From Octopus sinensis (taxonomy: Eukaryota), in NCBI RefSeq assembly GCF_006345805.1, contig NC_043005.1, forward strand, positions 43,214,001 to 43,278,000: a stretch of 64,000 nt of DNA. Direction: 5' to 3'. Position numbers and translations under genes: made by a program. Positions 14,361 to 27,138 of this stretch are shown piece after piece (within the stretch, counting starts at the first letter, position 1; every line of letters starts with the position of its first letter). The notes beneath the pieces were generated by a model. The model had not been told where the DNA came from and did no database searches. It worked only from the letters and a program-made list of their open reading frames with translations.

Positions 14361-14560
14361 TTATTCCAAACATGAACAAAGAGAAAACACAACAACACGA
14401 GGATGTGGAACAAGTATAGTGTTATTGGACGCTCAGGAAAGGAAAGAAAGTAGGAGGATTTACCGTTTCGAGCGGAGCTCTTCGTCAGAAACGTAGAAAA
14501 AGGAAAGGTCCAAGGAAGGGAAGTCGGAGAAAGGAAATTGCCAACAATACACATGCGGTC
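14361..14560 (-). mobile_element. Penelope-like element terminal-repeat remnant between (TA)n tracts
   Basis: Minus strand carries CTGACGAAG...CGAAAC, the motif typical of Penelope-like element termini. (TA)n/(TG)n tracts bound it on both sides. Confidence 0.55.
14457..14492 (-). ncRNA. Minimal type I hammerhead-like motif (Penelope type)
   Basis: Minus strand reads GUUU CUGACGA A GAGC ucc GCUC GAAA C G GUA AAUC: core, 4-bp stem II and GUA triplet are present; stem I has one mismatch and stem III is vestigial. Confidence 0.5.
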
Positions 14561-14612
<52 letters not shown>

Positions 14613-15589
14613 GCTGTTTAGATTGATTAGTGTTATCTTCTAAGATAATGGAACTGAACATCCCTCCAAATTGGAGGAATAACACCAACAACAATCAACA
14701 TGTGACAAGTGCAAAGACAGCTGTACACAGACTCACTGATACTAGACGGTCTTGTTCCAGTCATGGCTCTTCCTCCTGGGAATGAGTTTGTTTTTTAACT
14801 TAATTGTGCCTGCCCAAATGCATCAGTAATGTTTCCCATATGGCAGTAAGGTGAACAAATATTTGTGTGTGCGTGCGTGCGTGTGTGTGTGTAAACACCC
14901 ACATATGTATGTACATCTGTTTGACGAGTCCCGTCACTACTCAGTGTCTCCCTTGTGTACATCTGTTCAGGAAGAGAAGAAATTATCTAATGAACACAAG
15001 CAAGTGCTGATATGATTCATTAGCTAACTTTGACAGAATGAAGGCACTCTAGCACCTGTGTTGAGTGTGTTCTTTCCCTTTCCCTTCTGTGTACTGACAC
15101 ACACACACACATACCCACATGTGCACACACATACATGGCATCATTGTCATCATCCTCATCAACATAATTTTTAGGTTTGCTGCCTTTTTTTCCTGCTAGC
15201 ACGGGTTGTAGCTGTTCCTTAAAGCTTGACACCCTTTTTGACATGCACCCTTCTTCTACAGCCTGGCAAGCTTCTACAATGTCAGTGAATGTGTGTGTGT
15301 TTTTTTTTTTTTTTTTTTAATTATTTCCTCTATACCAAAATGTGAATTTTGTTTGAACAGCTGACAACTGTGTGTGTAGCATAGACATTAGGCTCCATTC
15401 CATTATCTGCTTTGGAGCTTGGTGCAGTTCCCTTGGCTTTCCAGCTTCTGTCGAACCATCTAACCCATGCCAGCATGAAAGACAGATGTTAAACGATGAA
15501 GATGATATATATATATATATACACATACATTCTGTGTTCAAATTTTGCTGAGGTCCTTCATGATTTCAGGGTCAGTAAAATAAGTATTA

Positions 15590-15905
15590 GTTGAGCACTG
15601 GAGTTAATGTAATTGACTTACCCCCATCTCATGAAATTGCTGGCCTTGTGCCAAAATTTGAAATCATTATCATCATCATTATCATTATTAAGGCAATGAG
15701 CTGGCAGAATTGTTAGCACATGGGCAAAATGCTTAACTGCATTTTATCTGTCTTGATGTTCTAAGTTCAGTTTCTTTTGAGGTCAATTTTGCCTTTCATC
15801 CTTTCAGAATCGATAGAATAGGTACCAGTTGAACACTGGGATAAATATAATCAATTTGCCTCTTCCCTTGAAATTGCTGGCCTTGTGCCAAAACTTGAAG
15901 TCATT
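15590..15905 (+). mobile_element. Older SINE family B copies (one 3' fragment and one near full-length)
   Basis: 'ggcaatgagctggcagaattgttagc...tttgcctttcatcctttc..gaaattgctggccttgtgccaaaa'. Confidence 0.8.
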
Positions 15906-16917
15906 ATCATTATTATTAATATTATTATAAAATTCACTCAGAAAAAAACCAATGATTTCCTTGCCTGTTTCAAACGGTGTCTTTCTCTCTATTTACTATG
16001 TCAATTTTGTACATGCAACATGGCAACAGGTGTGGTTGATATGACCCACTGAATGCAATCAAGCATAGAAGAACAGCTGTTGAATTATATAATGATGATG
16101 ATGATGATCACAATGATGATGATGATGATCATGATGGTGATCCTTACCCAGTCTGTATACATACATTTGTTATTTTTTTTATTGAATATGTAATGCTTCA
16201 TTTAAATACTAAGCTGTTGTGTTTCTTGCCTAAATCTCATATCTAAATCGTTTCTCTTAATTATATACATCTAGTCTGACAAATCATATCTTAGTCACAT
16301 ATAGAATCTCTATGGTTTTTTTTTTTCTTTGGGTTTTGTTTTGCACTTTTTTTTCTTACCTTTTCTTTTCTCATGGTAAATCTAAGAATACAAATACAGT
16401 TTCAGAAATCTCATAACATCAACTTGCAATGAGAAGAAAATTCAAAATTTTTTGGTGACAGAAAAAGAACCATGCCTATAACAAAATTAAAACTCTCTTC
16501 CAATAGCTCTAGCATTATCTGTTTTTCTAACCTTATTAAAAATTTTTTTGCTAAACCAGACATCGACTAATTTTCTCAAATCCTCATGCTTTACTTCAGT
16601 GTACAAATGCCCAGCACAAGCGACAGATATTGGAATATGTGACTTTTCTTATAGAAAATATTTCAATCATATTGGTGGAAGACGCAATGAACAATAAGTT
16701 GAATTATATATATGTATATGAAGGTGTCGACTAAAGTTTAGTTCAAAATTTAACAGTTCTTTGGTGTGTAGCAGATGTTGTGAGAGGTACATGAAATGTT
16801 GAGTTTCATATGAATAAATTTACCAAGGCTGTGAGAGTATTAGCAAGTACTATGAAAGTGAAGTATTGATTTCTGTTGACTAGTCACCAGAAAATTTAAA
16901 TATATATATATATATAT

Positions 16918-16954
<37 letters not shown>

Positions 16955-17060
16955 CTATAGTTACCTGAACCAGGACATTGAAGGATCACAGTTTGTTGAT
17001 CTACTAACACACCAATACATGAAACATCACCCCTAAACTCATGTATGTAACAGCCTAGAC

Positions 17061-17371
17061 CAGTACTACTCAAAGTGGTGGTCTGCTGACTGGTGCCAGT
17101 CCGCGAACCATCAGCTGCCAGTACATGGTGAGTTACCAGAAAAGAAAGAAACATCATAAAATGCTTATAAATACTTATGTAATATTGTATTTGTTTACAA
17201 AATAATATAAGACAAAAAAAATTGTCAACTTTTATTATATATATATATATATGTAGATATATGTTGTTTCCGGTATAAATTAATATTACTAAGAAATATT
17301 ACGGACCCTGGCACATTGGAGAAAAAAAAAAATCTGCCAGTATGCCACATCAGATAGTTTGAGAAGCACTG
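17061..17371. mobile_element. hAT (Charlie/Buster-type) MITE with 8-bp TSD
   Basis: TIRs CAGTACTACTCAAA (17061) and TTTGAGAAGCACTG (ending 17371). Perfect 8-bp direct repeat GCCTAGAC at 17053-17060 and 17372-17379, with the CTAG-centred target typical of Charlie-type hATs. Confidence 0.92.
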
Positions 17372-19602
17372 GCCTAGACTGTCATTACACTCGCATCCCC
17401 ACAATACCATCTTTCCCACTCGGCACAGACAAAGCATAAATAAACATATACACACAGAACTAGCTGCAGTTTCAATAGCCTAATTAGTCCTTAAACGTTG
17501 TGCTGGGATGCACATGGACAATAATAAATGCAGTGCAACAGCAACTGCTACTCTGTGACCTAGTCTGTCTTGCATGGTACAGCTGTAGCCACTGCTCGGA
17601 GCTTCTGTGTTGTTACTCATCCTGCTAGAAATAGCAACCATACCTCCTTCACATCGTACTTTACATTAGTCAATGAACTAATCTTTATTTTTTCAAGATG
17701 ATAGTTAAGAGTAAATATATATATACCTTGAAAAAAATGTGTGTTTGGAATAACTTTGGTAATAAACCTGTTCATTTAAGACCAACTTGTGGGGTAGATC
17801 ACAACAAGAGCAACTAGCTGACTGTACAGAATTGTAAGAACACTAGATGAAATGCCTTGTGGTATTTATTCTGTCTGTTTGTGTTCTGAGATCAAACCAC
17901 ATACAGGCCAACTTTCCTTTTCACATCCTTCTAGGATTGAAAATGTTCCTGTCTTAGCAATGAATGGCTGGAATATTTAGAGCTACATATAGGATGCAGC
18001 AGGACAGTGAAGAGAAAAGGCATGACCCTGTGGTAAAGAAGCATGTTTTGCAATCACATGGTTTTGGTTCAATCCTGTTACACAGCACCTTCAACAAGTG
18101 TCTTCTACAATAACCCCTGGCTAGTTAATGCTTTGTGAGTGAATTTGATTGACAGTATCTGTGTGGAATCATATACACATGCATGCACGCGCGTGCACAC
18201 ACACACACACACATGCACATACAGGGTGCATAAGATATTTGAGGACAGATTTATGTTTATAAAAAAAAACATATACAATAACAGATAACTTTATTTATCA
18301 AAAAATGCTATGAGGATAAAAATAAACCTTCATTTCTATAATGTTATTCAATAATGCCACCCTGTTCTGTCTCATGTAACCTCATCCAAAATTGAGACAA
18401 GCACCAACACTTCCATGTAGCAAGTTTGAACAATTGTAAAGACATCTTCACATGAAACCATTGGTTGCCATGTTAACCTACAAATAAAGTGTGTATGTGT
18501 GTGTGTATACATATACATACACATGTGTTTGTTTATGTATGTATGTATAAGGGGTATGGTATAATAGCTAGTACATCAGCTCTGAAACTGAAAGCCTAGT
18601 GAGCCACTGCTGACTTCTTCCATACCAAATGCCTGTCCAATCAGCGTTGAACCTAATCTACACAATACTGATAATAACAATAACAACAACAACAGCTTAG
18701 TATAGTATTGAGACTTATCCTGGAGGGATGAAAGGCTATGAGAAACTTTGCCAACAATTGAAATCTGAACCAAAAGAAATAAATTAAAATGTGACCATAT
18801 TGCTGCAGAGTGAAGCAAGATAGTATATATTAAATCTTGACTGTATTGGTGAGGAGTAAAGCAAGATAAAATATATTAGACCCCAAATAGATTAATAATG
18901 GAACCAGACCCTCTCTAAGCAGAGTTTAATTGACTGGACTTGCAGACAAGTGGTTAATGCCCTTTGTGTGTGGCATGTCAAAAATAGGCAGCAATAAGTT
19001 TCCAGAGAATTGCAACTGTTACACAGCGTTTCCATTATTAGACTTGACCTCTTCTGCAGACTCTGCTGTGCTTGGAAACTGCTGCTGCTGCTGCAATCAC
19101 TAGTACCATCACCATCATTACAAACAACTTCGCTCCTCCACCCAGCAAACGTCCACCATCTGCAATATCACCCCCCATACACATACACGCTGTTACTACA
19201 ACCAGTACCACTAATACCACCAATCATTAACACCCGCTACTACTACCACTACCAACACTACTGCCACCACCACCACCTCCACCACCACCACCTCCACCAC
19301 CACCACCTTTAAATTTGAATAGGGATAAGCACAGTACTTAAAAGCAGGATGATTGAAGCAAAACTCTCTACATGATAATATTTAAATATCAAATGTTCTT
19401 AAATTTCATAGCTCTTGGTTTAACTCAAACCACAAGGCCGTCTACGCCACTGCTCCCACCCCACAACCTAACTCACTATTGCTTTTTTTTTTTTTGCTTT
19501 TTTTTGTTATCCTTACATTGGTGAATGTTACGGGTGGTTTACTGAAATGTTACAATTCAATGCAAGAAAGATGTCTGTATGTCTTTTCCCTTTTATCTTC
19601 CG

Positions 19603-19967
19603 CTTGTTTTCTGTCGTTAGACTGTGGCCCTGCTGGGGCACTGCCTCGAAGAAACGTAACCAGTTGAATCAACCTCAGTACTTCATTTTATTTTTTTTCT
19701 AATCTGGTACTTATTTTATTGGTCTCTTTTTGCCAAACTGCTAAGTTACAGGGGTGTAAATACACCAACAGTGTCAAGCAGTGTTAGGGGACAAACACAG
19801 ACGGACACATACACACACACACAAACACACACACACACATGCATGTATATGTATATGACAGTCTTCTTTCTAGACTATAGTAGAACACTTTACCAAAGAA
19901 CCGTACAGTGGGACTGAACCCAGAACCATGTTGCTGAAAAGCAAACTTCTTACCACACAGCCACACA
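19603..19967 (-). mobile_element. SINE family A copy with internal deletion
   Basis: Reverse-complement match to both the tail and the head of 411-807. Confidence 0.8.
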
Positions 19968-20818
19968 GCAAATACCATGTTTGACACAAACCATTGCTGA
20001 AAGAATGTCTCCTTAATTCCATTACAATAATGAACTCAAACATGTCTTGATATCGCCTCTTTTTGCTTTTTATTTTTGGTCTGCCTATTTCTCCCATCCC
20101 TCTCCCCTCTCTTCCTATTTGTCTCGTTATTTAGTTTAATTTTATTGATTATTTTGTTCTTGTTTTTTTTTTGTTTTTTTTTTCCTATTTTCTTCATCTT
20201 AAGAACAATCCACCATCAGACTACAGTGCATAAAAAAAAAAAAAATAATATATATATATAGAAATAAACTGAAAGAAAAACAAAAAAAAAACAATGGCTG
20301 ACGTAAAAAAAAAAAAAATTTAATGCAAAAGAATAAAACGAAAAAAAACAAACAGATAAACAAGCGAAACAAAAACAAAAACAAAAAAAAATCCCCAAGT
20401 TCTTTTGAGCTGTTAAGAATCATGCGTAACCATAACAGTAGAAAGTGTGAGTATGTGTACCGACTGGTTTGTTATTGGACTATTTATAACGTTGACCTAT
20501 TGTTTAGTTATACATGGCTAAAGGGAGGCCAACAACGAGCTGAGCAATCGATTTCAATCGGAGCTAATCTGAAATCATTTAGTATAACACAAGCATTTGA
20601 TTATTGGATGGTATGGCTGCTTGTATTGCGGAGATGCCGACAAGAGGGAGAGACCGGCAGACAAACAGACAGGCAGACAGAGACAGGGACGAGGAGAGAG
20701 AGAGAGAGAGAGAGATTGAGCGAGGGTGAATGAGATTGTACGGATCAGTTTGTTCTGGTTACATTTAAAAGTCTATTTTATATGGATAAAATAAAACATA
20801 ATGTGTGATGTTATATCT

Positions 20819-20853
20819 AACTTCCTGTCTTATCATGTGACCACAGCTTCCTG
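20819..20853. promoter_or_regulatory. Candidate cis-regulatory module: ETS site, TCATGTGA E-box, ETS site
   Basis: AACTTCCTGTCTT (20819-20831), ATCATGTGACC (20832-20842) and CAGCTTCCTG (20844-20853). The same three words recur at 56711-56862. Based on motifs only. Confidence 0.35.
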
Positions 20854-21121
20854 CCACAGGCCTGGCATTTGTCACTGGCAGCAGCTGCAGTCTAGAATCT
20901 ATCATCAGCTACACACACAACACACACACATAGACACGCACATACATTCTGTAATGTGTGTGTATACATGTATATATGTGTGTTTGTGTGCATGTATATA
21001 TACATTTATATATATATATGTACATATGCATATATGTGTATATATATATATATGTAGATACATGCGTGGTGTGTATATGTGTGTATGTATATATGCGTGT
21101 GTATATGTACTCACACACATG

Positions 21122-21155
<34 letters not shown>

Positions 21156-21714
21156 ACATATATACATATCCTGACACACTCTCATATTAAATTGTATTTG
21201 TCGCACACACGCACGCATGCAGTGACATAAATGCACAAATATTAAAATATAGTAATAATAATAATAATAATAATAATACTAGAGCAAAAGATCATGAAGG
21301 GATCTGTAGCATGTGCATGTGTGACTGTACGTGTGTGTGTGTGTGTGTGTGTTTCTGTGTGTGTGTGTGTGTGTCATTGAATGTTTAAATGAGTTTGTGT
21401 ATGCATATCCTCTGTCCAAAAAGGTTAAACCCTCAATTAATATCTTTGCTTGTCTCTTCTCTGTTCAAATAGCTTTATTCCTCTCAGCTCTTTCAGAACT
21501 TGGAGGAAGTTACAGAGACTTAGGAAATCCTTAACTAACACTCCTCTAACTTTATCATTGCACACAAACACACACACTCATGATAACGGCATGGAATGTG
21601 TGTGTGCGTGTGTGTTTGTGTGTGTGTGTGTGTGTGATATATATACATGTATATACATATATGTGTACATACATATAAACACATGCATATATATATATGT
21701 ATGTATGTATATAT

Positions 21715-22030
21715 CATCATCATTGTTTAACATCCGGCTTACATTGCTGGCATGAGTTGGACGGCTTGACAGGAACCAGCCAGGTAGAAGAAAGACTACA
21801 CCAGGCTACTGTGTCTGTTTTTGGTATGGTTTTTACGGCTGGATGCTCTTCATAACACCAACCACCCAACAGAATATTCTGAGTGCTTTTTTCGTGGCAC
21901 CAACACAAGTGAGGTTAGTTTTGGCATGGTTTTTACAGCTTCCAAATGCCAACCGCTTCTCAGTGTTGATTGCCTGCTCTCCATGATAGCATGGTTTCTA
22001 TGGCCGGGTGTCTTTCTTAGCACCAACCAC
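21715..22030 (-). mobile_element. Repeat family C copy with partial internal duplication
   Basis: 'catcatcattgtttaacatccg...ggctggatgctcttcataacaccaaccac', followed by a second partial copy. Confidence 0.75.
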
Positions 22031-22355
22031 TTTACAAAATATTCCAGACTCATTGTTTTTCATAGCACCAGCACTGTAAAGGTTGTCTTACTCTCAGCAT
22101 GATTAAAGCTGAAATCCTGCATTATTACTGTTTAAATTACCTACCTAACATATGGAGTGTATTTTATTGGGTGTTCTTGATGGTGCCAGTACTGTTGAAG
22201 TGGACTAGCAATTTGGAGGACAAAATGAGAGCTAGCATCTCTTGATTTATACTGGGATGATGGTAATGGAAAGAATAACAAAAGGAATGGTGGGGATATA
22301 TATATATATATTTTATTCATGATATATTTATATACATATGTATATATATTCATGT

Positions 22356-22690
22356 GAAGGTGCATGGCTCACTCGTTAGAGCGTTGGGCTCACAATCATG
22401 AGTAGTGAGTTTGATTCCTGGACTGGGCTGCGTGTTGTGTTCTTGAGCGAGACATTTTATTTTACATTGCTCCAGTTCACTCAGTCGTAGAAATGAGTTG
22501 CGACGTCACTGGTGCCAAGATGTGTTGGCCTTTGTCTTTCCCTTGGATAACACCAGTGGTATGGAGAGTGGAGGGTGGTATGCATGAGCGACTGCTGGTA
22601 TTCCATAAACAACCTTGCCCGGACTTGTTCATTGGAGGGGAACTTTCTAAGTGCAATACCATGGTCATTCATGACTGAATGGTGTCCTTA
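22356..22690 (+). mobile_element. tRNA-derived SINE with the family D/E head and core and a third tail type
   Basis: Head 'gaaggtgcatggctcactcgttagag...gagtttgattcc', core 'gttgtgttcttgagcgagacattttattttacattgctccagttcactcag', and a tail unlike those at 39721 or 13453. Confidence 0.8.
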
Positions 22691-23152
22691 TATATATATA
22701 TTCATGATGAACCCCACAAAGGGGTGAAAACAATCAATAGTTCTTATCTAAATTCTGACTACCTTCCTTTTTCTTAATATATAAGTGCTGTACACCATAT
22801 CAAACAATCTATACATTCACACGCAACCTGTCTGTTCATATGTACTGTTGTCTTGACAAGACATGATGGCTGTAAATGAGCATCACTGTCATACAAGTGG
22901 GGTGTTAGTTTCCAGCCTTTAGTGGGAAATATTTCTGGCCGAAGAGAAATTAACTTGCTTGGACAAATGTGAACCCTTCACGACAGGATTGGCATCCAGC
23001 CATACAAAGGTTTTCTTCAACTGATTCCATCTGACCCAAGCTAACATGGAAAAGTAGACATTAAAACAATGATTATGATGCATATGTCTTTTACATGTTT
23101 TATGTGGAATTATGTATGTGTGTGGTGTGTGTGTTGTGTGTGTGTGTGTATA

Positions 23153-23525
23153 TTCTTTTGCTCATTACAGTCATTTGACCGCAGCTATGCTGGAGCACCA
23201 CCTTTAGGGGTTTTAGTCAAACAATTCAACTCCAGGACTGACTTATCAAGCCTAGTACTTATTCTATCAATCTCTTTTGCTGAACTGCTAAGTTATAGGG
23301 GCATAAACATACCAACACCAGTTGTCAAGCAGTGATGGGGGAAACAAAGACACATACACAGAGGCTTCTTTCAGTTTCTGTCTGCTGAAATCTGCTTACA
23401 AGGCTTTGGTCTACCTGAGGTTATAGTAGAAGACACTTGCCCAAGGTGCCATGCAGTGGGACTGATTCCAGAACCATGTGGTTGGGAAGCAAGTTTCTTA
23501 CCACACAACCATGTTTGCACCTATA
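23153..23525 (-). mobile_element. Full-length SINE family A copy
   Basis: Reverse-complement match to 411-807 along its whole length. Confidence 0.85.
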
Positions 23526-24031
23526 TCTATCTATCTATATATCTATATATCTATCTATCTCTCTCCCCCTCTCTTTCTCTCTCTCTCTCTCTCTCCATCT
23601 ATCTTTATATATATATATATATATTTTATGTATGTATGTATATATATATATATATATGTATATATATCTATATATATATACATATCTCTCTCTATATATA
23701 TATATGTATGTATATATGTATATATACATATACATGTGTACACATTGTAATGTCGATTTTACTTCTTTCCTCATTTAAATCATTATTTTTACTATTCACT
23801 CTGTACTGCTTATGTTAAGCCTATTTGGATCTTGCCTTGGCGTTGAGAAGAGTGCCGCCTTTGTATCAGTCAAAATCTTACCAATCTACCTTCAGTTTTG
23901 GAATACTATACTAGCCGGGAACCTGCATGATATGCTAATGAGGTGATCATCAGAATTATAATTATCCCCTCAATCTATATACATAAACATGCATGGAGAG
24001 GGAGAGAGAGAGAGAGAGATATACACGTGTG

Positions 24032-24063
<32 letters not shown>

Positions 24064-24322
24064 TACACATGTACTATGAAACTAATATGTATTTATGGTA
24101 GTATATATATATATATGTATACATTTGTATGAATGTCTATATACATGTGTGGTGTGTGTGTATGTATACATATTACATATATATGTATTATGTATATGTG
24201 TGTATGCATTGTATGTATATATACATATACATACATATATATATAATATATAAATATATGCATATATACATACATATATGTACATACCTACATATGTGTA
24301 TATATATATATATACATATGTG

Positions 24323-24357
<35 letters not shown>

Positions 24358-25035
24358 GTATGTATATATATGTACATACCTACATATGTGTATGTATATA
24401 TTATATATATATATATTATATATATATATATATATCCAGCTGTAATATTTTACCTCTAACAGGATAGTAGAGATAAATCATCACTTAGCTCCTTCATTTA
24501 TATTCCCAACCGATTAATGTGATGACATGTGATAGAAACAAAACTTTTCTCTCTCTCAAAAAAAAAAAAAAAGAAAGAAAAATAGAAAAGAAAAAGGAAA
24601 AAACCCAAAGTGTAAAAAAAAAAAAAAAGGGAAAGAAACAAATATAAATATAAAAAAACAAAAAAACAACAACAACAAGCCAAACAATAAATCAGAATTC
24701 TTTGCTAATCAATCCCCTACATGCTCTAGGAACCTGCTGAGATAATATTGTTCAAGTTTAAGGTTGTACTTGGCTTATTTTTTCCCTATCAAATGTTACT
24801 GAGGTTTCAAAATTCTCTAATAAGGCCTCCCTGCTGGATGATTAAACATTTTCATGCTATCATCTATGGCTTCTGATTATTGCCTTGTATTCCTATTTGT
24901 TTGTATTGTTTGTATTGTTTGTTTGTTGTTGTTGTTGTTGTTGTTGTTGCTGCAGTGGTGGTGGTGGTTATTACTATATATTTTGTCTTTTATGATTAAG
25001 CTATATTTTTTTTTTTTGGTTATATATATATATAT

Positions 25036-25077
<42 letters not shown>

Positions 25078-26081
25078 CTTTACAGTGATGAACATTTGAT
25101 GTCAGTGTTAATACAATACTTTCAGATGTTATTACATGTTTTGCTTCGTTTTGTTTTTGTTTTTTTTCTTCTTTTTTTTTCTTTTTCTTTTTCTTTTTAT
25201 TTTTCTCTTCAGTGTCAGAATTATGGGGTTGTTATGTGTTATGTTGAACTAAGAAAAATCATTTTACATATATCACTTATTATTATCTTGTCATTTAGCG
25301 AATATCAATTTCTTGCACTGATCTAACCTATATTCAACCGTGCATCCACAGTACCAGCAACTTAACCGTTCTGTCTGCGAGTACACCACCACAAATATAT
25401 ATTACTAAAACTAATCATCATCGTCATTTAACATTTGTTTTCTATGCTCCCATGGGTTCGCTGGGGTGAGAGGATCCAGTGATCCGCAAGGCTGCATCGA
25501 GCTTCACCTGTCTGGTTTGGCACGGTTTCCGTGGCTGGATGCTCTTCCTTAATGCCTTTTCCATTTTACTGGGTTGCTAGGTGATTTTTTTTTTTTATGT
25601 CACTGGCACTAATGAAATTATTAAGTAATTTTGCACGACGGAAAAAGGGCTTGCAAATATGAAAAAAGATCTTACTGCCAAGTGGCAGGGGTTAGAGGTA
25701 GATACATGGCTACCCTGCATCATATAGAGGTCAGCTGGAGTAGTTGGGAAGGAAGATATTACCCTAATTCTCAGTCTGTTAGATATTGTATTTTTAAGGA
25801 TTATGTATTGTGTGTTTCTATCATCATCATCATCACATTACTTCTTTTTCTTGTGTTGGCATGGGTTACATGGATGTCGCTATATGATGTCACCACTTGT
25901 TACTGTGTTTTATCACATAGCACACACAGCCTTAGAGGAAAATCACCAGTCTTTCTTGTTTGCATGTCTTGTGTGCTTGTTCCTTTGTTTGGTGACAATC
26001 ATCTGCTGCCAGCATCAGTTAGACAAACATATAATATCGAGGCATTCTTTTACAGCCAGACACCCTTCCACTTCTTAACCC

Positions 26082-26134
<53 letters not shown>

Positions 26135-26568
26135 CGCCTGATTTGCATACAAATGAGCTTTTCTTTTTAACTTACCTTTAAAAGTACACAGCTAGAAGAT
26201 GCACACACACACACTCACACACGATTGGTTTCTTTGTGTTCAGCAAATCCACTCACAAGGCTTTGGTTAGCCTGAGGTTATAGAAGATTCTTGACTGAGG
26301 TGCCATGCAGTGGAACTGAACCGGGAACCACATGGTTGAGAAACAAACTTCTCACCACATAAACCATGCCTGCGCCTATGTCAACGAACATTAATATTTT
26401 TAGCTCACCGCATACAAAATGTAAAATGTAAACAGCAAACACACAGATACAAACATGCACCCTCAGACACATACATACATACATACACGCATGCACAACA
26501 ATTATTTTACTAAATGCACATCAAAGGTACTAACTGGGCTTGAGCTGCAGTGAGACTCAGCTGAAGAC

Positions 26569-26860
26569 TGTGTTGTATGAAAAAGAGCTGCTCAACTGCA
26601 TAGCCTCATAGCTATGCCTACATGTACACATAGACACACACTGACACATACACGCACACATACACACTCACACATTAGCCACTGAGTTATGTTACTTCGT
26701 TATTGTTTTGTTATAATATATATTAGTTCCAGCGTCTTTCATCGAGTATATAAGACTCAGTCTCTCGACTCTACTTCATTACTGAGATACTGAAAAATCT
26801 CTCTCTCCCTCTGTCATATTGTTTGTTTTTATGTTCAGTTATAATAAAATCAATTTCACA
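26569..26860 (+). mobile_element. Possible solo LTR
   Basis: Begins TGTG and ends CACA, with an internal TATA-like 'gagtatataag' and AATAAA about 15 nt from the end. A 56-bp part is repeated at 29275-29330. No TSD found. Confidence 0.35.
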
Positions 26861-27092
26861 TGGTGGCGAGCTTGGCAGAAACGTTAGCACGCCGGGCGAA
26901 ATGCGTAGCCGTATTTCGTCGGCCGTTACGTTCTGGGTTCAAATTCCGCCGAGGTCGACTTTGCCTTCCATCCTTTCGGGGTCGATAAATTAAATACCAT
27001 TTACGCACTGGGGTCGATATAATAGACTTAATCCATTTGTCTGTCCTTGTTTGTCCCCTCTTTGTTTAGCCCCTTGTGGGTAATAAAGAAAC
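26861..27092 (+). mobile_element. Young SINE family B (tail type 'tttgtctgtccttgtttgtcccctc...aaagaaa')
   Basis: CpG-rich and highly similar to 59574-59803 and to the minus-strand copies at 29044, 48498 and 50737. Box B GGGTTCAAATTCC. Confidence 0.92.
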
Positions 27093-27138
27093 AAAAATAT
27101 TATGGGTTACTCTCTGCATTTGTTGAGTACAAATTTAT

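Noticed and set aside
16360-16381. 22-nt minus-strand exon-like segment (ttcttAG|ATTTACCATGAGAAAAGAAAAG|GTAAGA)
   Set aside because: It is not frame-preserving, sits in low-complexity A/T sequence where such matches arise by chance, and has no supporting neighbour exon.
16954-17030. Minus-strand 'VSCIGVLVDQQTVIL' resembling a trypsin-like segment
   Set aside because: The catalytic TAAHC motif is absent, the acceptor is weak, and no other protease exons are present.
26561-26600. CTGAAGA...GAAA motif
   Set aside because: The intervening sequence does not form stem II, and stems I and III cannot be built.
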